A stretch of DNA of 64,000 nucleotides from a bacterium. Its GTDB lineage: Bacteria; Planctomycetota; UBA1135; UBA2386. A program made the position numbers and the translations under genes. Of the stretch, positions 44,293 through 54,767 are shown piece after piece. Each line of letters starts with the position of its first letter. The first letter of the stretch is position 1. The DNA lies in contig JAUILN010000011.1 of NCBI GenBank assembly GCA_030432695.1, positions 88,950 through 152,949 of the forward strand, read 5' to 3'. The notes under the pieces are model-generated. The model saw only the letters and a program-made list of their open reading frames with translations, searched no databases and was not told where the DNA came from.

Positions 44293-45789
44293 TCATGGCG
44301 CACGGCCGGCGAACAACTCGGTGACGAGCTTCACCGACGAGGACATCTGGTCGAGTTGATAGTGAGGGCGCAGATGGATCTCCGTCTGGTACACACCGGG
44401 TCGACCGGGCACCTCCCGCACCTCGACCCGGGCCTCTCGGAGCGGATATCGCGCCTGATCTTCGGGAGAGGCCGATTCGTTGGAAGTGGCGTAGTCGTTC
44501 AACCAGTCGTGGAGCACCGCTTCGATGTCCTCGGCCCGCGTGTAGCTGCCGACCTTGTCCCGCGCGATGACCTTCACATAGTGCGCGAATCTCGACACGC
44601 AGAACATGTACTGCAGCATCGACGACAGCTTCGCATTGACGTGCTCGACGGTCACTCCCGAATGCGGGGTGACTGCTCGCCCGTAATCGTGCAGCGACTG
44701 GTTGCCGTAGAAGGCCGCGAAAGGCGTCCCGGGACAGTGGGTCAGCGCGATGAAGCCGAGTTCACCGAGTTCACGCTCTTGCTCGCCGGTGATCTGCACC
44801 TCCACCGCGCCCTTCGGGATCCGTCCGCGGGCATCGGTACCGAACCAGTCGGTCACCAGCCCGGTGAGGATCCCACCGGTCTCGGCATCGCGCTCGACGC
44901 CCCGGATCCCCGCCAGCCAGCCGTTCTCGCTGAACGTCCGGATCAGGACCTCGGCGAACGCCCAGCTCGCACTCCCGAACAGATGACCGCGCCCGTCGGC
45001 GGCCGACACATCTTCGTCGTAGACCCAGCCATCTGCGCGCAGCGAGCCGCATCGATACGGCAACCGCATGAGCATTCGTGGCAGTGTGAGCCCGAGAAAC
45101 CTCGTGTCGGAGTGCTTCCGCATCGAGTTCCAGGCATTGAACTCCACGGACCGGAAGTTGGCCTCCAGATCGAGCGGACGCTCGAGTTCGTGGAATGCAT
45201 CGAGCCCGAACAGAGATGCGTGCGCAGAGAGGATGATCGGCGCGAAGCTGGCTGCCGCGACTTCGGACAGCGCCCGGAGAGCCCCCACATCGTCGGGATG
45301 CTCGGAACTCCGTCGATGACGGACCTCGTAGTCGGCGACCAGGACTGCATAGGGCTCACCGCCCGCGACCCCGAATTCCTCGCTGTAGACCTTCCGGAAC
45401 AGCGCGCTCTGGTCGAACTCGATGGCCTTCCCGAGATCCCGGACCAACTCCTTCCAGCTCACGTCCAAGACCCGGACCTTACAGCGACCCTCCTTGTGGT
45501 CGACCTGCTCGGTGAGCCGACGCAACCCCCGCCAACGCGCCTCGAGCGCCTGGAACATCGGATGGTGGAGGATCGCGTCGACCTGGCGCGACAACAGGCG
45601 ATCGATCGCCGCCACGGCCAGGACTAGATCCGCGATCACCGCATCGTGATCGGGAAGCTTCTGGCCAGGCACCAGGCGGAGATGTCCGACCAGCGCCAGA
45701 TCGTCGGGTAACGCGACCCACGCCTCGAGCACGCCGCCACGTGACGGGCCAGCTGCCTCGAGAACGGCCTGGAACTGCTGCGATGGCAT
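44293..45789 (-). CDS. tssC: Second TssC-family sheath paralog (ImpD-like)
   Basis: The protein is 498 aa. Motifs are ILHHPMFQALEARWRGLRRL, GGEPYAVLVADYEV, LTLPRMLMRLPY, SRFAHYVKVIARDKVGSY and YPLREARVEVREVPGRPGVY. It is clearly homologous to, but divergent from, the adjacent tssC. Confidence 0.9.
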   Translation of the reverse strand: MPSQQFQAVLEAAGPSRGGVLEAWVALPDDLALVGHLRLVPGQKLPDHDAVIADLVLAVAAIDRLLSRQVDAILHHPMFQALEARWRGLRRLTEQVDHKEGRCKVRVLDVSWKELVRDLGKAIEFDQSALFRKVYSEEFGVAGGEPYAVLVADYEVRHRRSSEHPDDVGALRALSEVAAASFAPIILSAHASLFGLDAFHELERPLDLEANFRSVEFNAWNSMRKHSDTRFLGLTLPRMLMRLPYRCGSLRADGWVYDEDVSAADGRGHLFGSASWAFAEVLIRTFSENGWLAGIRGVERDAETGGILTGLVTDWFGTDARGRIPKGAVEVQITGEQERELGELGFIALTHCPGTPFAAFYGNQSLHDYGRAVTPHSGVTVEHVNAKLSSMLQYMFCVSRFAHYVKVIARDKVGSYTRAEDIEAVLHDWLNDYATSNESASPEDQARYPLREARVEVREVPGRPGVYQTEIHLRPHYQLDQMSSSVKLVTELFAGRAP

Positions 45790-45934
45790 AGGACGCGCAG
45801 GTCACCCGCGCGGCGCGCGGAACGAGCGAGTAGCCCTCGATCCCGGAACCCCGGACCGTACGACCGGCGACTCCGGGCGAGGCCGGACGCGACGCGGCCG
45901 GTCTCGCCCGCTGCGGCGAACCGACCAGACCGAC

Positions 45935-45955
45935 GGCCGGTGGTGCCCACCGGCC
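45935..45955 (-). terminator. 9-bp GC hairpin immediately downstream of the tssC stop (possible attenuator)
   Basis: GGCCGGTGG (45935-45943), TGC loop, CCACCGGCC (45947-45955). It lies 8 nt after the tssC stop on the minus strand and has no clear U-tract. Confidence 0.3.
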
Positions 45956-45962
45956 GCGGCGA

Positions 45963-47456
45963 TCAGCCCCCCTTGGGGATCCGCGCAACGAGGCGCATCG
46001 ACGTGGTCAACTCTTCCATCTGCAGCCAGGGCCGCAGGTAGGCCACCGCGTTGTACGACCCGGGAGCGCCCGGGATCTCCGCGACCTTCACCGCAGCCTC
46101 CGCCAACGGATACTTGGCCTTCATCTCCTGGCCCGCTCCCTGGTTGGCGTTGACGTAGTTCTGGATCCAGTTGTTGAGCCAGGTCTCGCAGTCGGTCGCC
46201 TCCATGAAGGAGCCGATCTTGTCGCGTGCCATCACCTTCAGGTAGTGCGCGAACCGCGAGGTCGCCATCAGGTAGGGCAACCGCGCCGAGATCGCCGCGT
46301 TCGCGGTGGCGTCCGGGTTGTCGTACTTCTTGGGGCGCTGGCTGGTCTGGGCACCGAAGAACACCGCGTAGTCGGTGTTCTTGTAGTGGCAGAGCGGCAG
46401 GAACCCGCACTTGCTGAGTTCTGCCTCGCGCCGGTCGGTGATCGCGATCTCGGTCGGGCACTTGGTGTCCGCGTCGCCATCGTCGGTCGTGAAGGTGTGG
46501 GTCGGCAGATTCTCGACCTTGCCGCCGCCTTCGGCTCCACGGATCGCGGTGCACCAGCCGTACTGCGAGTAGGCACTCGTCAGGGTCGTACCCATCACGT
46601 AGGCCGCGTTCATCCAGCAGTACTGGTCGTGCGCGAGCGCCCCGGATGCCTCGGAGTCGATCTCCTCGTAACCGAACTCCTCGACGGGCTTGGTCTCCGC
46701 ACCGTAGGGCAGGCGCGCGAGCGCGCGCGGCATCGTCAGGGTGACGAAGCGGGAGTCCTCCGAGTCGCGGAACGACCGCCACTTGGTGTATTCCTGCGAC
46801 TCGAAGATCTTCTCCAGGTCACGGGGCTTGGAGAGTTCCTCCCACGAGTCGAAGCCGAAGAATCCCGGCCCCGGCGAAGTGATGAACGGGCAGAACGCTC
46901 CGGCCGCGACATTGGACATCGACGACAGCAGCTCGATGTCGTCGGGGTGGTTGGTGATCTCGTAGTCACCGATCAGGGCGCCGTAGGGCTCGCCGCCCGG
47001 GGTGCCGAACTCGTTCTCGTAGAGCTTCTTCCAGGTCTCGCTCTGGTCGAACTCCACCGCCTTCGACAGGTCCTTGAAGACGTCCTTCTTCTTGGCGTTG
47101 AACATCCGGATCTTCAGGCCGGAGCCCGTCTCGGAGTTCATCACCAGATGGTGGAGGCCACGCCAGGAACCCTCGAGCTTGCGGAAGGGCTCGGAGTGCA
47201 TCACCGCGGCGAGCTGCTTCGACACGATCCGGTCGAGTCCCTCGATCGCCTCCCGGAAGGTGACGGTGAGGTTCTTGCTCCAGGTCACCGTGCCGCTCAT
47301 CGCCTCCTGGGCGAGCGTGGCGAGCAGCTCCTGGGCCCGCGAAGGCTCGGTCTGCTTGGTGGCTGCGATCGCCTGATCGAGGAGGCTGACCTCGGCGGCG
47401 TCCTGGGTGATCTCGGCGCCGGCCTGCGGCGACTGCTGGGCTTCGTTCTCGGCCAT
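45963..47456 (-). CDS. tssC: TssC (VipB) sheath large subunit
   Basis: The protein is 497 aa. Motifs are [65 protein letters not shown] and [20 protein letters not shown]. The stop lies 2 nt... correction: the gene start lies 2 nt downstream of the tssB stop. Confidence 0.95.
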   Translation of the reverse strand: MAENEAQQSPQAGAEITQDAAEVSLLDQAIAATKQTEPSRAQELLATLAQEAMSGTVTWSKNLTVTFREAIEGLDRIVSKQLAAVMHSEPFRKLEGSWRGLHHLVMNSETGSGLKIRMFNAKKKDVFKDLSKAVEFDQSETWKKLYENEFGTPGGEPYGALIGDYEITNHPDDIELLSSMSNVAAGAFCPFITSPGPGFFGFDSWEELSKPRDLEKIFESQEYTKWRSFRDSEDSRFVTLTMPRALARLPYGAETKPVEEFGYEEIDSEASGALAHDQYCWMNAAYVMGTTLTSAYSQYGWCTAIRGAEGGGKVENLPTHTFTTDDGDADTKCPTEIAITDRREAELSKCGFLPLCHYKNTDYAVFFGAQTSQRPKKYDNPDATANAAISARLPYLMATSRFAHYLKVMARDKIGSFMEATDCETWLNNWIQNYVNANQGAGQEMKAKYPLAEAAVKVAEIPGAPGSYNAVAYLRPWLQMEELTTSMRLVARIPKGG

Positions 47457-47457
47457 G

Positions 47458-47979
47458 TCACGCTCCTCCGTCGCTGGATTCCGACTCGCCGCCGATCCCC
47501 AGTTCCTTCTGGAGTCGACTCATCTCCTCGGGGTTCTGCAACACCCGCTCGAGCAACCCTTCGAGATCCTCCGAGCGGTCCACCTTGGCCATCAGGTCGT
47601 TCAACCTGGCCCGGGTCTCGAGGAGCTTCTTCAGCGGCTCGATCTGTTCCGCCACCCTGGCCGGATCGAAGTCGTCCATGCTCTTGAACTTGAGCTGGAC
47701 CGCCATCTCGCTGTCGTCGCCGGCGATGGTGTTCTCGACCTTGAAGTTCAGCTCCGGCGCGGTCTTCGCGATCACCTCGTTGAAGTTGTCGCGGTCGATT
47801 TGAACGAACTTCCGGTCCTTCAACGGCTTCAGCGGCTGCTCGGGATTCCCGGAGAAGTCCCCCATCACACCGACCACGAAGGGTAGCTCGCGCTCGACCT
47901 GCGCCCCCCCTGTCTCGACCTCGTAGGTGATGTGCACGCGCGGTTTGCGAACTCGCTTCAACTTGTCGTGGATGCTCAT
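47458..47979 (-). CDS. tssB: TssB (VipA) sheath small subunit
   Basis: The protein is 173 aa. [33 protein letters not shown]...[13 protein letters not shown] matches TssB. A GAAGGAGAGG RBS lies upstream. Confidence 0.95.
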   Translation of the reverse strand: MSIHDKLKRVRKPRVHITYEVETGGAQVERELPFVVGVMGDFSGNPEQPLKPLKDRKFVQIDRDNFNEVIAKTAPELNFKVENTIAGDDSEMAVQLKFKSMDDFDPARVAEQIEPLKKLLETRARLNDLMAKVDRSEDLEGLLERVLQNPEEMSRLQKELGIGGESESSDGGA

Positions 47980-48094
47980 GGAATCCTCTCCTTCGACTGG
48001 ATGGCGAAACTGATGTGCGAGCGGCGGAGGGACCGCGCGACAGACCGACCCCGCGCCCGACGATCACCGCGCGCCAGGATCGACGACGGACGAG

Positions 48095-49249
48095 TCATCC
48101 TTCGTCCGGCTTGGTGATCTTCACCCCGGTGAGTTGCGCATAGGTATCCCGCGCGGACTCGTCGGGAATGAGTTCTGCGAGCAGGTCCGGGAGCGGCAGC
48201 CGCCCCCAACGAATGGTCCGCTCGACCAGGAACGCGAGCGGGGAATGCGGCTCCGCCTGACGGAAGAACTCGGCAACCTTCGCGAGGGCCCGCAGGGCAT
48301 CCTCACGGGACGACAGCGCACCGGGCACACCACCGACTGCGACTGCCCGCGACGCACCGGCCACCACTCCCGCGTCACCTGCCTGGGGCGACGGCGCATC
48401 CGTGCCGGCATCCCCTCCGCCTGCCACTTCGTCTCCACCCTCGACCGGAAGGACATCACGGGCGATCAGGCGGATGGTTGCCGCGGCGTCCTCCAACGCC
48501 TCGCGGATCGCCTTGGTGGGCGGCGAGGCGGCACCGCAGTGACGGTCGAGCAGTTCACCGAGGGCTCGTAGCTCGACCAGCGCCGCGTCGATGTCGGCGA
48601 GTTGGTCGACGAAGATCTCAACCGGCGTCTCGCGGACCGCGGTCTGCACGATTTCCATCGAGGTCTCGCCGCTCGCGACCCGCTGCTCGCGGTCGTCCGG
48701 GGACAATCGCTCGAGTTCCTGCGCCTTCCTGCAGCTCCAGACCGCGACGGGAGCGACGCTGGAGCCGGTGGTGATCGGGATCCGCGAGATCGGGGCGATG
48801 AGGGTACCGACCGAACCGGCACCGTTCAGACCGGCGAGCGGCGACACCCGTGTCTCGATCCCCTCCTCGTCGGGCGTGGGATACAAGCCGTCCCAGAACG
48901 TCTCCACCAACCCCCGCGCGAGCCGGAAGCCGTCACGCAAGCCCGCGAACCCGTCGGTCCGCGCCAGCGCCTCGATCAGCCAGGTCGTGATCTCCAGGTC
49001 CTTCGAGCGCTCGGCCAGCGTGTCGCGCGCCGACTCGAGCACCGGACGCCAGGCACTCGCCTCCGCCGAACCGATCACCGCCTCGAACTCGCCCTTGCGC
49101 TCCCTGTCGCGCGCGGTGTTCCGGGCATCTTTGATCTGCGAGTAGATCCGGGCCGGTGACGAGTCTTCCCGAAGATCTTCTCCGGCCGGAAGATCGCCTG
49201 GAATCGGCTGGAGGAGCGCTTCCAGATCGAGGGTGGAGGGAGATCCCAT
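48095..49249 (-). CDS. tssA: TssA (ImpA N-terminal domain protein)
   Basis: MGSPSTLDLEALLQPIPGDLPAGEDLREDSSPARIYSQIKDARN is an ImpA_N signature. The C-terminal segment is FFRQAEPHSPLAFLVERTIRWGRLPLPDLL. Confidence 0.9.
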   Translation of the reverse strand: MGSPSTLDLEALLQPIPGDLPAGEDLREDSSPARIYSQIKDARNTARDRERKGEFEAVIGSAEASAWRPVLESARDTLAERSKDLEITTWLIEALARTDGFAGLRDGFRLARGLVETFWDGLYPTPDEEGIETRVSPLAGLNGAGSVGTLIAPISRIPITTGSSVAPVAVWSCRKAQELERLSPDDREQRVASGETSMEIVQTAVRETPVEIFVDQLADIDAALVELRALGELLDRHCGAASPPTKAIREALEDAAATIRLIARDVLPVEGGDEVAGGGDAGTDAPSPQAGDAGVVAGASRAVAVGGVPGALSSREDALRALAKVAEFFRQAEPHSPLAFLVERTIRWGRLPLPDLLAELIPDESARDTYAQLTGVKITKPDEG

Positions 49250-49283
49250 GGGAACGGACGCGGTCGACGAGGCGAGTTCGGCC

Positions 49284-49312
49284 GAGACTACTTACGTTCC
49301 TCGAATCACACA
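49284..49312 (-). promoter_or_regulatory. Candidate sigma70-type promoter in an AT-richer patch upstream of tssA
   Basis: The minus strand reads TTGTGT, a 17-nt spacer, then TAGTCT (about 3/6 matches to each hexamer, correct spacing). It lies about 35 nt upstream of the tssA ATG in a locally lower-GC stretch. By-eye call only. Confidence 0.25.
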
Positions 49313-49461
49313 AGAACGGGGCCTCTCCAGTCATCGAAGGCCGGATCCGCACCGAGGAGGGCTGTCGCCTCGGTTTCTCGACCGCGCAAGCGTGGGACGA
49401 CCCACCGCATGCGGTCGGCTCGCGACTCTTCCAGAGTGGCAGGTTCACACGACGCCCGGGA

Positions 49462-50388
49462 TCAGGCCTTCGCGCGCGCAGCGAGCGCCCGCCCGCGCAA
49501 CGAGTCGGCCAGCGAGGGACCGGCTTCGGGCTCCGAGTCGACTGCGTCCATGCGGCACACCTCCACACCGCAGTAGTCGTTCGGACCGAGACAAGTGCGA
49601 CTGCGAGAACCGGTCACCCACTCGACCTCGTCGATGCGCAGTTCCCGCAGAAAGAACACGGCGAAGCCCGGCTCCGGGCCGTCTTCGAGCTGGGCGGGGA
49701 ACACCAGTGTGGGCAACGATCCGGAATCGAACACGCGCAGCGTCGCCAGTGCGGCCCACCAACCCTGCACCTGCGGCACCAGAGGCGCCCCGAACGCCAA
49801 CGGCAGGCGGATCGGCCCACGCACCGTCTCGGCACCGGCAAGGCTGGCGAGGATCGCGCCGAGCCCGTCCTCCCCGCGCTCGGGCCACAGCGCTGCGACC
49901 CATCGGTGCCAGTCGATCCGGCTCGCGGCTCCGGCCGATTCCGAGGGCAGCGCGAGTTCGCGGGTCCGCATGTCGGCCAGGAACGACTGCCCGTCATGGA
50001 AACCGTCTGCCTCGTTCCGACAGCTCTCGATCTGGTCCCAGATCGGCGCGAGCCGATCGACGCCTCGCTCGAGTTCGTGGAGGAGGGCTTTCCGACGCCG
50101 CTCGACGAACATCGTGAACGGGAAGGCTCGCTCTCCGCCCATGTCGCTGCTGGGCCACGCATTGCCGACCAACGGACTCTCGCTTCCGGCCGCCAGCAGG
50201 AAGCGAATCGGCCAGGGGATCGTCGGCGCCGACTGGGAAACGACCCTGGTGGAGAACGCCGCGTCGAGCCAGTCGCGGAGCAGGCGCGCGCGACCGCGTG
50301 ACGCCCCGACCCGCAGGTAGTCCTTGGCCAAGGGCAGCTTGCCGTACAGCTGCAGCGGTAGCCGCTCCTTGAGGAAGCTCTCGAACAT
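49462..50388 (-). CDS. tagF: TagF (ImpM/DUF2094) T6SS post-translational regulator
   Basis: ATG 50388 gives MFESFLKERLPLQLYGKLPLAKDYLRVG...VGNAWPSSDMGGERAFPFTMFV, matching the TagF pattern (GKlP..gDF, PS.D..GR.FP). The gene is directly downstream of tssM. Confidence 0.85.
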   Translation of the reverse strand: MFESFLKERLPLQLYGKLPLAKDYLRVGASRGRARLLRDWLDAAFSTRVVSQSAPTIPWPIRFLLAAGSESPLVGNAWPSSDMGGERAFPFTMFVERRRKALLHELERGVDRLAPIWDQIESCRNEADGFHDGQSFLADMRTRELALPSESAGAASRIDWHRWVAALWPERGEDGLGAILASLAGAETVRGPIRLPLAFGAPLVPQVQGWWAALATLRVFDSGSLPTLVFPAQLEDGPEPGFAVFFLRELRIDEVEWVTGSRSRTCLGPNDYCGVEVCRMDAVDSEPEAGPSLADSLRGRALAARAKA

Positions 50389-50398
50389 GTGGTGGGGC

Positions 50399-53300
50399 TC
50401 AGTCCCGGAAGGGGTCTTCACAGCGACGAGGCACGGGCTGCTTGAACTGCACCCTGAACTCGACCGACTCCGATCCACCTCGGGCTGCAGTGGCCGATGC
50501 CTCCAACCTGAAGTCCCGCCCGATCCGCTCGTCGTCGCCCGCGCGCTCGAAGACCCACACCAGGATCAGGGGCGCGAGACAGGAGCCGATCGACAGCCGT
50601 GCATCGCTGTCATGACGCGTGCCCGAAGCGACCTGCGACCAGCGCAGGGAGAGTTCGTCGGATCCCTCGGCTCCGAACCTCCACTTCAAGGGACCGATGC
50701 CGCGACCGATCTGCACCGTGGCCATGTCGAAGTCCTGCTCCCCGGCGCGCGAGGAGTCCTTGACGAACAAGCGCCCCTTCGTCCAGACGCCGTCGTCGAG
50801 GTCCTCCGGACGCAGCGTGAACTCGAGTTCCGCGGAGTCCGCCGTCGCCTCGTCGAGATGAGGTCGGACGACCTCACCGAGATCGACCAGGAACCGATCG
50901 AAACGCCATACGGCGGCATCGGCGTCGCCTTCGCCGAGCCGCTCGGGCTTGAACGACAGACCGTCGGCCACGCCGTAGTCGGCCTGCAACGTCGCCAAGC
51001 CACCTTCCGGGCCGAAGAAGCTCGCGAGGTCCGACGCGATGGCTCCACGGCTCGCTGTCAATGTCGCCAACTCGGAGCGCTGAACGCGCACGGCATCGCG
51101 GAGGCTGGTCTCGTTCTTCCACGCGCTCTCGAGATCGGCGAGGTAGCGGGTTCGCAAGGCACGCTCCGCCCGATCGTCCATCTTCGAGCGCAGGTACCCC
51201 ACGCACCACTCGACGACGTTGGAGGCGGAAGCCGGTGCTTCCAACTCACGCAGGCTCTTCAACGCCGTCGCGAGCTTCGGCCCGGTTCCCTTGCTCGGCA
51301 GCCCACTGATCGGGTGGACCTGCCGTTCGAGTTCATGCGCGGCCCCCTTGGGTCCCGTGATCTTGTTGAGGCTGGTCAGTCGCTCGGAGACTCCGCGCAG
51401 CTCGATCGCCGCCTGGCGCACGTCCCAGCTGTCCGGCAGGCTCGCGAGTCGGTCGAGGCCCTCGCGCATCACCGTCGCGGAGAGGACCTCCGAACCGGAC
51501 GCAAACAGCGACTCCTGCCACTGGCGGAGCCGCTCCGCTTTCAGGAGTTCGAGGACCCCCTTCGCGAACGACTCCACATCCGTATCGGCTGGGGGCAAGC
51601 TGGTGCTCAGAGACGCCTCGAGCTGGTCGCGCTGGTGCTGGACCTGCGTGCGAAGCTCCGGAGCCACCTGACCATTGAGCCATCCTGACAGGAGGCGTTC
51701 GACACCGGCTTCGCCCAGCAACTTGCGGGTCTCGCCGATCCGCTGCCCGAGGAGGCCGACCATCCCATGGACTTTCGCGGAACCGCCCTCGACCTCCGTT
51801 CGCCACCGCGCGAGCAGCGCCTCGTTCACCGCATCCGAGTGGACCTGTAGGACGCTCTGGGCAGCGGCTTCGAGATCGGGGATGGTGCTGGCACGGATCA
51901 GGACTTCGACGAGATCCGCGTTGACGCCGGTACCACCAGGGTCCTCCTTCAGAAGACGCGGCGCCACGGTCTCCGCGACCCGCAGTCCGGCGCGGGTCAT
52001 GGCGACGAGCTGGCCGCGCCAGGCCGTGAATCCAGCCGCCGACTCGCCCCCGCTCTCGAGTGCCGCCAGGGACGTGTAGAGGCTCGCGAGATGCCGCAGC
52101 CCCACGACGACGACGCGGACCCCACGATCCTCAGTGGAGCCACTGCTGGTCCCTCGCTCCGCGTCGAGCCCGGAGGCGAGAGCCTCCCAGCTACCGTATC
52201 GATTCCGATAGGCCTCCTCGACGGCCTTGCAGCGGGCGCGCAAGGTCTCCCTGGCGAGCGGGTCGACCTCCGCGCCGGACACGCCCGTGACGAGTTCCTC
52301 AAGAGCGGCGGAGAGTGCGGCCGGCTTCGCGACGGCCGAGACGGCGAGGACTCCCGGCTCACAGACGGCCATGAACTCCGGCTCGCACATCTTGGCGGTC
52401 TCGGCGGTCGGCACGCTGACGATCTTGCCGCTCAGCGCATCCCCGAGTTCCCCGGCCTCATCCGGGACGCCGGCACCACTTGGCACCACCTCGTCCGCGA
52501 ACCCCACCACCGACTCCATCAGGGCCCAGGACTCGGGCCTGGTCCCCGTCGCAGCTTCGAGCAGGTCGGCCCGCGACTCCTGCAGGGACTCCAGACCCTC
52601 GTCGATCCCGGCACGCGCCAGTCGCCAGGTCGCACCAGATCTTCGCAGCCCCTTCGTCGCAGTCTCACCGACCAGGTACTGCAGGGCGGGATACAGCTCC
52701 GCGAGCCAGTCCTCGAGGTCCTGGACGGCGGTGCCCAGAAGGTCCGAAGCATCGAGCCGCCCCCTACCCCGAGCCGCCGCCTGCCACGCGACGAGGTAGC
52801 CGGCCGCACCGTCGACCTGCAACCGATCACCGGCGGTCAGAGTGCGCGGCAAGGTCTCACGGAACCACGCGGTCGCAGCTCTCAGATCCTCGCTCCGGTC
52901 CGCTTCCAGACCGGTCGCGCTGGCCGGCGACAACGGCACGTCCGTCGTGGTCCGCAACTCGTCGCGACGCTCCCGGGCACGGCGCAGACGAACGAGGAGT
53001 TCGGCGCCGATCTCTTCCGACTCCAGCAGGTCGGCGAACAGATCGATGCAGGCCGGATCGGCCGGATCGAAGCCCTTCAACAGCGCCGTGAGCTGGGTCA
53101 GCCGCTCCCGAAAGGCCGCGTGATCCATTCCGCCGTGGCCGGTCCCGACGCGCGATTCGGCAGCGACCAGGTTCGCGAGCCCGGACTCCGCCGTCGCCCG
53201 GATCCATGGTGCGAGCCGAAGGTCGTAGAGCTTGCAGTAGAGCTGGAGGAACGAACTCTGGGAGCCCTTCCCCAGCTTCTCGAAAAGGACCTGCTCGGCA

Positions 53301-54754
53301 TCGCCGGCCATCCACGCGCGATCGAGCGCCGTCAGCAAGTCACCCGGTGCCGGTGAGGCCGCATTCGCGACTGGCACGGCGGTGCTTATCGCCAGGCCGT
53401 ATCGATCCTCGACGGCCGCGCTGTTGCCCGTGAACGCGTAGTAGATGCACCAGATCGTGCTCACCAGCGCGAGCGACGCCGCCGCACCGTAGCCGAGCAG
53501 CGCATTGCGCCGCGAACGCGAGACCCGTGCCTCGGTCGGGCGGACCAACCCCCGCTCGCTGAACACACGACGCCGGACCAGATCCTTGATGAAGTAGGCG
53601 TGCTGCCGGGTGAACAGCGCTTCGAGTTCGCGCTCGTCGGCCTCGCCGCTGCCCCCGTAGAGATCGGCACAGACGTTGGCGATCGGCTTACCCGACTGCA
53701 GACCGCTGGTGAGATAGAAGCCTCGGAAGTACAGCCGATCGACGAGGCGCGACTCCGAGAAGATGCCCTTCAGGTAGGCCTCTAGACTCGAACCGACGCC
53801 GGCGAACTCGTCGGGGAATGCGTACATCCGATCGACCTCGCCGATGCCCTCGGGGAGCCGCACGGTGCACATCATCGAGTCGCGCAGACCGCGCGCCCGG
53901 TCGACGAGTTCGTCGAACGCACGCCGCACCTCGACGATGTCGAACGGCGCTTCGAAGTTCTCCGCCGGCCGAGACCAGCCGAACATCTGCTGGCGCTGCT
54001 CGGCCTCCAGCCGGTGCACGGTCTCGGCGAAGCCGAAGATGCGGTCGCCCTTGGTGAGCACCACGTAGATCGGCAGCTGCGCCATCAGCTTGCCCGTCAG
54101 GGTGAGCAGCGCGTCCCGGATCTTGCCGGCCTTGCGAGCGATCGTGTCCTTGTTGTCGGCCAGCAGACTATCGCAGGGGATCACCAACATGATCCCGTCG
54201 GCCGGACACAGCGGCCGGTAGCCGGCCAGCAACTCGAGGAAGGCCTCCCACTCCGCCTCGTCGCTCGCGCCACCCTCGTGGGTGAACAGCCGACCCGCCA
54301 GGTCGAGGATCACCGCCTCCTCGGTGAACCACCAGTCACAGCCGCGCGTGCCGCCGATGCCCGACAGGCGCGTCTGGCCGAACGGGAAGTTGAGGTCGGA
54401 GTTCTGCAGCAGGACGCTCTTGCCCGACTGCGGCTCGCCGACCAGCAGATAGAAGGGCAGCTCGTAGCGATCGATCCCCTGCTGCTCGAGCTCGGCGGTC
54501 CAGGTCCGCCACTCGCTCTTGCGGTCCTCGATGCCCTCCTTGGCGGCGATCCCGGCGTCGAAGCGCTGCTGCTTGCGACGCTGCAGCCACTGCACGAAGA
54601 CCTGCGAGCCGATCCACAGCAGGCCGACCAGCAGGATCGCGCCGAGGAAGTAGACGACCAGACCCGGGACGAGGAACACCAGCGCGACGCCACCGAGGAC
54701 CGCAAGGGCCACCAGGATCGCCAGCGCGAGACGGTTGGACTTGAACAGGTTCAT
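50399..54754 (-). CDS. tssM: TssM (IcmF) membrane-complex protein, long form (1451 aa)
   Basis: Two N-terminal TM segments are followed by the Walker A motif LLVGEPQSGKSVLL and then a third TM (ALLGYGAAASLALVSTIWCIYYAF). A very large C-terminal region follows. The gene lies in tssK-tssL-tssM context. Confidence 0.95.
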   Translation of the reverse strand: MNLFKSNRLALAILVALAVLGGVALVFLVPGLVVYFLGAILLVGLLWIGSQVFVQWLQRRKQQRFDAGIAAKEGIEDRKSEWRTWTAELEQQGIDRYELPFYLLVGEPQSGKSVLLQNSDLNFPFGQTRLSGIGGTRGCDWWFTEEAVILDLAGRLFTHEGGASDEAEWEAFLELLAGYRPLCPADGIMLVIPCDSLLADNKDTIARKAGKIRDALLTLTGKLMAQLPIYVVLTKGDRIFGFAETVHRLEAEQRQQMFGWSRPAENFEAPFDIVEVRRAFDELVDRARGLRDSMMCTVRLPEGIGEVDRMYAFPDEFAGVGSSLEAYLKGIFSESRLVDRLYFRGFYLTSGLQSGKPIANVCADLYGGSGEADERELEALFTRQHAYFIKDLVRRRVFSERGLVRPTEARVSRSRRNALLGYGAAASLALVSTIWCIYYAFTGNSAAVEDRYGLAISTAVPVANAASPAPGDLLTALDRAWMAGDAEQVLFEKLGKGSQSSFLQLYCKLYDLRLAPWIRATAESGLANLVAAESRVGTGHGGMDHAAFRERLTQLTALLKGFDPADPACIDLFADLLESEEIGAELLVRLRRARERRDELRTTTDVPLSPASATGLEADRSEDLRAATAWFRETLPRTLTAGDRLQVDGAAGYLVAWQAAARGRGRLDASDLLGTAVQDLEDWLAELYPALQYLVGETATKGLRRSGATWRLARAGIDEGLESLQESRADLLEAATGTRPESWALMESVVGFADEVVPSGAGVPDEAGELGDALSGKIVSVPTAETAKMCEPEFMAVCEPGVLAVSAVAKPAALSAALEELVTGVSGAEVDPLARETLRARCKAVEEAYRNRYGSWEALASGLDAERGTSSGSTEDRGVRVVVVGLRHLASLYTSLAALESGGESAAGFTAWRGQLVAMTRAGLRVAETVAPRLLKEDPGGTGVNADLVEVLIRASTIPDLEAAAQSVLQVHSDAVNEALLARWRTEVEGGSAKVHGMVGLLGQRIGETRKLLGEAGVERLLSGWLNGQVAPELRTQVQHQRDQLEASLSTSLPPADTDVESFAKGVLELLKAERLRQWQESLFASGSEVLSATVMREGLDRLASLPDSWDVRQAAIELRGVSERLTSLNKITGPKGAAHELERQVHPISGLPSKGTGPKLATALKSLRELEAPASASNVVEWCVGYLRSKMDDRAERALRTRYLADLESAWKNETSLRDAVRVQRSELATLTASRGAIASDLASFFGPEGGLATLQADYGVADGLSFKPERLGEGDADAAVWRFDRFLVDLGEVVRPHLDEATADSAELEFTLRPEDLDDGVWTKGRLFVKDSSRAGEQDFDMATVQIGRGIGPLKWRFGAEGSDELSLRWSQVASGTRHDSDARLSIGSCLAPLILVWVFERAGDDERIGRDFRLEASATAARGGSESVEFRVQFKQPVPRRCEDPFRD

Positions 54755-54767
54755 GGCAGCCTCCCCG

